A stretch of DNA of 20,000 nucleotides from an uncultured virus (IMG/VR IMGVR_UViG_3300034106_003048). Lineage: Duplodnaviria; Heunggongvirae; Uroviricota; Caudoviricetes. The notes below the pieces were generated by a model. That model searched no databases. It was not told where the DNA came from and was given only the letters and a program-made list of their open reading frames with translations. Below are positions 14,493 to 20,000 of the stretch, piece after piece. The position numbers were made by a program, and so were the translations under genes. The stretch is taken from the IMG/VR virus record IMGVR_UViG_3300034106_003048; one strand, given 5' to 3'. Positions within the stretch are counted from its first letter, which is position 1. Every line of letters starts with the position of its first letter.

Positions 14493-16331
14493 ATGAAATT
14501 AGTAATAAACGAAGTACTGATTGACAAACTTAACAGAATAGACTCTTCTATCGCTAAAGCGTTAGTAGAATTGAACCAGCAAGAGATTGAAGGACTCAAC
14601 ATCAATTATATTGGTATAAGCCGAGACAATCCTTCTTACATTAGTTATTTGGATATTCCTAGAATAGAAAGGATTACAAACGAAGAAAGAAAGATTTATA
14701 AATTAAGTCAATTTACTTGTAATGTTAATCCTGCAGGCTTTGAAATGTTTAGAGGACATGATTCAGATTGGCCTCTTCAAGTAGAGAACGATAACACTAC
14801 AGCAGAAGTTTTTCTTAATCATGGATACCAAACCATGAATTCTGATACAATATCTATTTATCGAGACTTTATGTATTTTAAAGAGTCTGAGATCAGTAAT
14901 ATAGAACTGATAGAATCTAGAATTCGTGACTTTGCTAATGCAATGAGTAATCTTTTTATAGGATTAGGAGAGCGTCATAACCTTATAGCTAGAGCTGTAG
15001 GATATAGTAGACCAAATGCTTACATTGGATCTAGACTATTTACTGGTTATATGTTTCAAGGCAGTGTTAGAGGAGCTATGTTTGAAAAGGCAGGAGAAAA
15101 CTTAGAAGAAGACTTTTGGAATCCTAACAAGCGTTATCATAGTTCTATAGGTAAGATTATTCGCAGAATCATAACAGACTTTGAAGATAGATTTACTTTT
15201 AAAGACTTAGAACATTTTGTTTCTCTTTACAAACTAGAATCTTTTAAGGAGTGCGGTGAGCTTGGCGATCTAATCTTTGAAGAAGTTAGCGGAGAAAAGA
15301 TTAAATGGGCTTATCATGAAGACAATTATTATCAAGGTACTGGTGAGTTAGGTAGTAGCTGTATGCGTTATCGTTATTGTCAGCCTTATCTAGACATTTA
15401 TGCTGCAAATCCAGACAAGATTAGTCTTGCACTTCTTTTGAAAAAAGATAGAGTTGCAGCTAGATGTTTGCTTTGGAACATAAGTGAAAGTGAAAGATGG
15501 CACGATAGAATTTATGCAATAGACGAGAATACCAAAATTGCTATGAAGTCTAGACTAGAAGCTTATCATGATTGTTATCACGGAAGTTCGTCTATGTTTA
15601 TTCCTTTAAAGTATACAGATTTTGACACTTATCCTTATATGGATACTTTCAAATATCTAAATACAGGTAAAGGTTTGTCTAATGATTGTAATTATAGCTA
15701 TGACAAAGAGCTTACAGATGCAGAAGGTAATACTGATGGTGGCAACGAATGTAGTCATTGCGGAAGTCACGAAAACTCAGAAGATCTATACGAGATTACT
15801 ATGGGTCGTTACAGAGGCGATTACATGTGTTCTAACTGTTGTACTCATACAAACGATGACGAATGTATTGTTAGCGACAGTGCTATTTGGTGTGAGTATG
15901 TACAAGCATATTATCACGTAGATGACGTAACAGAACTTCATAACGGAGATTATGCCCACAATGATGATGTGATTGAAAGTTATGAAGGCAACTATTACAT
16001 AGACGATGATATTTCCGACTATGCAGTTAGACACAAAGGTCAGTGGTATGAGTTTACGGGAGATTACACAGTAGAAGTAAACGGAGAATGGTATCACAAA
16101 GACTCTGAAGATATTGAATATCTTGAAGGAGAATATGTTGAAGCCGAATCAGAACGTTACTATGAATTATTAGAACAAGTTAAATTAAGAGAAAATGTCC
16201 AGAAAACGAAAGAAGAAAGCAAGATACAAGAAAACCAAGCAAATCAACCAATCAACGAAAGCAGTACAACCAACGAAAGTTACACAGTCGAATCAATCCA
16301 ACCAATCAACAACAATGAGTTCATATTATAA
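14493..16331 (+). CDS. uncharacterised phage protein with SCM/YPYMDT motifs and a Cys/His/acidic C-terminal region (612 aa)
   Basis: GELGSSCMRY, ARCLLW, DRIYA, YPYMDTFKY motifs; CSHC, CSNC and repeated Y/D/E-rich units. Confidence 0.85.
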   Translation: MKLVINEVLIDKLNRIDSSIAKALVELNQQEIEGLNINYIGISRDNPSYISYLDIPRIERITNEERKIYKLSQFTCNVNPAGFEMFRGHDSDWPLQVENDNTTAEVFLNHGYQTMNSDTISIYRDFMYFKESEISNIELIESRIRDFANAMSNLFIGLGERHNLIARAVGYSRPNAYIGSRLFTGYMFQGSVRGAMFEKAGENLEEDFWNPNKRYHSSIGKIIRRIITDFEDRFTFKDLEHFVSLYKLESFKECGELGDLIFEEVSGEKIKWAYHEDNYYQGTGELGSSCMRYRYCQPYLDIYAANPDKISLALLLKKDRVAARCLLWNISESERWHDRIYAIDENTKIAMKSRLEAYHDCYHGSSSMFIPLKYTDFDTYPYMDTFKYLNTGKGLSNDCNYSYDKELTDAEGNTDGGNECSHCGSHENSEDLYEITMGRYRGDYMCSNCCTHTNDDECIVSDSAIWCEYVQAYYHVDDVTELHNGDYAHNDDVIESYEGNYYIDDDISDYAVRHKGQWYEFTGDYTVEVNGEWYHKDSEDIEYLEGEYVEAESERYYELLEQVKLRENVQKTKEESKIQENQANQPINESSTTNESYTVESIQPINNNEFIL

Positions 16332-17505
16332 CAGCTACTATAGAAGTAGCCAAAAACCTGAGTTTCCTAAACTAGATAACGAAATTAAGATAGACTGGGA
16401 TCTATTTTATACTTTGCTTTATAAGCAGAGTCCAAGTAAAACCCAACATCAAGATCGTTATGTAGCTTGGCTACTTGATTATCTTAAGCAGAAACCAGGA
16501 CTAGAGATATCCGTAGACCACTATGGAAATATTTATGTTGTTAAAGGTGAAGCTGATTTGTATCCTTGTGTTGTGTGTCATACCGACATCAATCAAGACT
16601 ATACTCCTAATCTTAAAATCGAAAGAAATGAGAAATGGGTTTATGGTATGGATATGGATACCGGTCTTCAGTGTGGTGTAGGTTTTGATGATAAGAATGG
16701 TAATCTCTTTGCTTTAATGATGCTTGATCGTTTAGATACGATTAAAGTAGGTTTCTTCAAGGATGAAGAGATTGGTGCTGTAGGCTCTAAGCAAGCTGAT
16801 CCTCTGTTCTTTGCCGATTGTTCTATGATCTTTCAAATGGATCGCAACTCTTATGCAGGGTTAGAACTAATCACAAGAACCAATGGGGTTTATACTTGTA
16901 ATTCAGAGTTTGTACATGCAGCTGCTGGTCTAATGAACAAGTATCATGTAATAGAAAGTACTGGTAGTTTTACTGATGTAGGTGAAATCGTAAAGTTGAA
17001 CGGAGTAAACTGTATCGGTTGTAATATTGGTGCTGGTTACTTTGATGAGCATTCCGAACAAGAAATCACTTCTATTCAAGCTTTAGAGAACTCTATTAAC
17101 TTTGGTTATGAGTGTCTTGTACAGCTTGGCGGAACAAAGTGGTTTCATAGAGCTATGAGCATTGATTACGGAAAGAGCTACGGAAATGTTCGTTCTACTC
17201 AAAGTACTTATTACGATCGCTATGATGAGTTCTATGACATTTATGATGATTTAGCTTACAATAAATCGTTTAATGTAGACACAGAACTTAAAGAGAACAA
17301 AAACTATCGTCATATCTTTTCTGATGGAACTATTGATGTTACAGACAAGGAAGTAGAAGAATGTCTAATGGATGGATATTGTCCTTGCTGTTTCAGTGAG
17401 AAAACAGTAGAAGACATTAACGGAACAGTAGCTTGTGAAGATTGCGGTTCTTATTATTATGTACCTGAAGACTGGTTTGACACTAAGTCAGATTTATTAG
17501 ATTAA
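16315..17505 (+). CDS. M20/M28/M42-type zinc peptidase with C-terminal Zn ribbon
   Basis: Metal-ligand motifs CHTD, GFDDKNG, DEEIG, QMDR, FTDV, GYFDEHS; CPCC..CEDC tail; ATG 16315 preferred over 16195. Confidence 0.85.
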   Translation: MSSYYNSYYRSSQKPEFPKLDNEIKIDWDLFYTLLYKQSPSKTQHQDRYVAWLLDYLKQKPGLEISVDHYGNIYVVKGEADLYPCVVCHTDINQDYTPNLKIERNEKWVYGMDMDTGLQCGVGFDDKNGNLFALMMLDRLDTIKVGFFKDEEIGAVGSKQADPLFFADCSMIFQMDRNSYAGLELITRTNGVYTCNSEFVHAAAGLMNKYHVIESTGSFTDVGEIVKLNGVNCIGCNIGAGYFDEHSEQEITSIQALENSINFGYECLVQLGGTKWFHRAMSIDYGKSYGNVRSTQSTYYDRYDEFYDIYDDLAYNKSFNVDTELKENKNYRHIFSDGTIDVTDKEVEECLMDGYCPCCFSEKTVEDINGTVACEDCGSYYYVPEDWFDTKSDLLD

Positions 17506-17508
17506 CAT

Positions 17509-17539
17509 TTTGCATATTTAAGTTTGTTTTGTATATTTG
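17509..17539 (+). promoter_or_regulatory. Bacteroidota-type promoter for the helicase operon
   Basis: TTTG (17509-17512), 19 nt, TATATTTG (17532-17539). Confidence 0.75.
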
Positions 17540-17541
17540 AA

Positions 17542-17572
17542 GAAGGGAGAGCTAATGCTCTCCTTTCTTTTT
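17542..17572 (+). terminator. intrinsic terminator
   Basis: GAAGGGAGAGC-TAAT-GCTCTCCTTTC followed by TTTTT. Confidence 0.75.
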
Positions 17573-17585
17573 AATTTAAAAAAAA

Positions 17586-18638
17586 ATGAGTAACGATATA
17601 AGACAACAATATCAAGACGAGGCTTACGAGTCTCTAAAAGGAAGAAGCGGTTGTGCTGTTATGCCTATGAGAAGTGGAAAGACTGTCGTAGGATTAAAGG
17701 TAGCAGACTTCTATGATGAAGTTCTAGTAGCTTATCCTAACAAGTCAATTTATGAAGCTTGGAAGTCTGATAGCGAAAAGTTTGGTTTTGATATTAGTCA
17801 TATCACTTTTACCACTTTTGCTAGTTTAGACAAACATGACTTAAATGATTACGATTGCGTACTAATAGACGAAATAGACCAACTTTCTGAAGCTAAGTGG
17901 AATTTTGTAATGAGCAATCGTCCTAAGACTTTAAACGGATTAACAGGCACGCTTCCACGTAAAGGAACAAGAAAGAGATTCTTTATTGAGACTTTGTGTC
18001 CTGTAAGATATGAAAGAACTATTGATGAGACCACAGGAATCTTAAATAAACCTTATCATATTTACGTACACTTAGTTGATCCAAGCGAGAAAAGAGATAT
18101 TCCCAGAAAGTCTGGCGGATTCTGGAGTGAAAAAGCTAAAGTTAATTTCTTTGAAATGCATTGTAACGACAACTTTGCTATGATGATTAAACTAATTCAG
18201 AGTATAGCCGGTAGTCCTACTAAATGGGCTAAACTTAGAGAACTATTGAGTAGTTTTGACAGATGCTTAGTTTTTGTAGAAACTATACAACAATGTAACG
18301 AGATTTGTCGCTACACCTACCACTCAAAAAACTCCGAAGCTACTAATAAAGAAGCTTTGGCTAAGTTTAACTCAGGAGAAGTTAACTTTCTCGCCACAAT
18401 CAACCAACTAAATGCTGGTGTGACTTTTCCTAATCTTAATAGAGCAGTACTCTTACATACTTACGCTTCTTCTTCTAAAGCGGCTCAAAGAATCGCAAGA
18501 ACTCTTAACTTCTTAGAAGGAGAAAAAGCCGAACTACACATAATCTGTATGAATAATACAAGAGATGTAGCTTGGACTAAAAAAGGTCTAGAGTACTACG
18601 GACAAGAAAATATTACATGGATAAAACCTAAAATTTAA
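17586..18638 (+). CDS. superfamily 2 DNA/RNA helicase (350 aa)
   Basis: Motif I MRSGKT, II DEID, III TGT, V LNAGVTFPNL, VI QRIAR. Confidence 0.85.
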   Translation: MSNDIRQQYQDEAYESLKGRSGCAVMPMRSGKTVVGLKVADFYDEVLVAYPNKSIYEAWKSDSEKFGFDISHITFTTFASLDKHDLNDYDCVLIDEIDQLSEAKWNFVMSNRPKTLNGLTGTLPRKGTRKRFFIETLCPVRYERTIDETTGILNKPYHIYVHLVDPSEKRDIPRKSGGFWSEKAKVNFFEMHCNDNFAMMIKLIQSIAGSPTKWAKLRELLSSFDRCLVFVETIQQCNEICRYTYHSKNSEATNKEALAKFNSGEVNFLATINQLNAGVTFPNLNRAVLLHTYASSSKAAQRIARTLNFLEGEKAELHIICMNNTRDVAWTKKGLEYYGQENITWIKPKI

Positions 18639-18641
18639 ACG

Positions 18642-18827
18642 ATGAATAAAATAGAAAAACTTAAAACTACAGAAGAATCAAATTTAGCAGAAGAAACGGT
18701 TGGAGAAAAGTTTAACCAGTTTAGAAATAAAATAAATGAAATTATTGACTGTGTTAATACTCTTCAAGAACTAAAAATCAAAGAAGATATAAAAAGTCTC
18801 ATGGAAGAGATTAAATATAAGATTTAA
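18642..18827 (+). CDS. hypothetical protein (61 aa)
   Basis: ORF with a KINEIIDCVN coiled segment. Confidence 0.7.
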   Translation: MNKIEKLKTTEESNLAEETVGEKFNQFRNKINEIIDCVNTLQELKIKEDIKSLMEEIKYKI

Positions 18828-18836
18828 TTTAATATT

Positions 18837-19409
18837 ATGAACCTAACACAATTTCAAGAAAATCTAATTGAAGACCTCAAAAAGGAATTCAATAAACTAA
18901 ATCCTCCTAAAATAGAAACACCTGGTCGTTTCTCTCTACAAGCTGTAAAGAAAGATTTAGACGATACAGAAGCATTTAGAAAGTCTGTCTTTGATTTTAA
19001 TGCAGTTATAGCTAGACAGCTAGAACAAGACCTTTATAGACAAATAGACGAGTTTAACAAAGAGTTTAGTCCTGTTATGATTTTTACTAAAGACTTAAGT
19101 AACATATTTAAAGCTGAGTATTACATTAAAAATCCTCACCATGGAGATATAAGTATTTACTTTGGAGGAGAAACAGATGTAAACAGACATCAACTTAATG
19201 TAATGTATGACTATGAACCAGTAGAAATAAAAACACATTGTCAACTTATCAGACTATATAAAATTAAAGGACTTCTCTTCAATCGTCTTGGATACTTGCA
19301 TCGTGAGAGGTCTGATTATAAATCTTATGATACTTTAGATGAGTTTGTTCAGAACTACAAACAGTTCCAGCAAAATATTACAAGCGAATACAAAAAGCTA
19401 ACTCAGTAA
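18837..19409 (+). CDS. hypothetical protein (190 aa)
   Basis: Long ORF in the + strand run. Confidence 0.8.
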   Translation: MNLTQFQENLIEDLKKEFNKLNPPKIETPGRFSLQAVKKDLDDTEAFRKSVFDFNAVIARQLEQDLYRQIDEFNKEFSPVMIFTKDLSNIFKAEYYIKNPHHGDISIYFGGETDVNRHQLNVMYDYEPVEIKTHCQLIRLYKIKGLLFNRLGYLHRERSDYKSYDTLDEFVQNYKQFQQNITSEYKKLTQ

Positions 19410-19437
19410 GGTCTCATTTGGGACCTTACTTTAATTT
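19405..19437 (+). terminator. probable intrinsic terminator
   Basis: AGTAAGGTCTC-ATTT-GGGACCTTACT followed by TTAATTT. Confidence 0.65.
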
Positions 19438-19444
19438 AATCTAA

Positions 19445-19591
19445 ATGAAAGAAGAACCTATAGCAACTACAAGAAGCAAGCAGTATTGTCCCACTTGTAA
19501 AAAAGAAACAATGCACACACCTAAGTTAGGACTTGCTCCTTATAACAAAAGGTTGTGCGAAGAATGTAGAACAGTAAATGAAGTAAAATGA
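19445..19591 (+). CDS. small Zn-ribbon protein (48 aa)
   Basis: Translated by hand: YCPTCKKETMH...LCEEC; ATGA overlap with the next gene. Confidence 0.7.
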   Translation: MKEEPIATTRSKQYCPTCKKETMHTPKLGLAPYNKRLCEECRTVNEVK

Positions 19592-19803
19592 AACAAACAG
19601 CAGTAGAATGGTTAGAAAATGAGTTAAAAAAGATACCATTTATTAATCCTCAAGATGCATTTGAACAAGCCAAACAAATGGAGAAGCAGCAGAAAATAGA
19701 AGCATATATTGCAGGAAGTTTAACTGGATGTGGATGTTATGATTATATGAAAAAAGAAGATGGAGAACAATACTACAACGAAACATACGGAGGTAACAAA
19801 TGA
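19588..19803 (+). CDS. hypothetical phage protein, KQTAVEWL type (71 aa)
   Basis: MKQTAVEWL..EQAKQMEKQQ..EQYYNETYGGNK. Confidence 0.8.
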   Translation: MKQTAVEWLENELKKIPFINPQDAFEQAKQMEKQQKIEAYIAGSLTGCGCYDYMKKEDGEQYYNETYGGNK

Positions 19804-20000
19804 AAATACATACACAAGAAGAGTTAATATCTATTGCAGATAAACTTTACAGAGAACAAAACCCAACAGAAACTATGTGTACACCAAACAGCGTATATAT
19901 AACAGTGCTTGAAAAATGGTATCCTAAATATCTTGAATCTAAAAGTGAATTAGATTTTTATGATTGGTGTATTAAAACATACGGAGGTAACAAATGAAAA
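19781..20000 (+). repeat. 26-bp direct repeat flanking one gene
   Basis: AAACATACGGAGGTAACAAATGAAAA at 19781-19806 and 19975-20000 (second copy reaches the window edge). Confidence 0.9.
19800..19997 (+). CDS. hypothetical protein (65 aa)
   Basis: ATGA-coupled ORF with the same TYGGNK ending. Confidence 0.75.
   Translation: MKIHTQEELISIADKLYREQNPTETMCTPNSVYITVLEKWYPKYLESKSELDFYDWCIKTYGGNK

Noticed and set aside
16195..16331. Programmed frameshift fusing the 612-aa protein to the peptidase
   Set aside because: The downstream frame is +1, no slippery site or structure is visible, and the T-poor AATCAACC-type sequence explains the open overlap; ATG 16315 is an adequate start
19445..19591. Ribosomal protein L33-like call from YCPTCKKETMH
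   Set aside because: The order of the Cys pairs and the rest of the sequence do not fit L33; kept as a generic Zn ribbon
1..20000. Stop-codon reassignment
   Set aside because: Long genes are intact under code 11, TAG and TGA both end genes at sensible positions, and no suppressor tRNA is seen

Overview
AT-rich bacteriophage DNA, most likely from a tailed phage of a Bacteroidota host (TTTG-N19/20-TAnnTTTG promoters, A-rich starts without Shine-Dalgarno sites, Bacteroidota-like tRNA-Glu). No virion structural genes are recognisable. Genes diverge from a C-tract/A-tract junction at about 2220-2490. The left arm (minus strand) encodes an ATE1/Bpt-family aminoacyl-tRNA-protein transferase and a very acidic protein. 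The right arm opens with one compositionally distinct gene and then about 2.8 kb of mostly non-coding, densely structured sequence (2973-5787). That block holds tandem multibranch RNA-like modules, one tRNA-Glu(TTC) and two anticodon-less tRNA-Leu-like elements. A second tRNA-Glu(TTC) lies at 7889-7975, and both tRNA-Glu genes carry the same T-stem bulge. Downstream are a PcfJ-like protein, a Myb/RsfA-like regulator, a spore photoproduct lyase-like radical SAM enzyme, a membrane-anchored GH73-like glucosaminidase, an uncharacterised 612-aa protein coupled to an M20/M28-type Zn peptidase, an SF2 helicase and many small cassette-like ORFs. The best candidate for a new system (inference) is a phage N-terminal aminoacylation module: the transferase plus non-canonical tRNAs that may act as amino-acid donors outside translation. 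All calls come from reading motifs by eye; no searches or folding programs were run.
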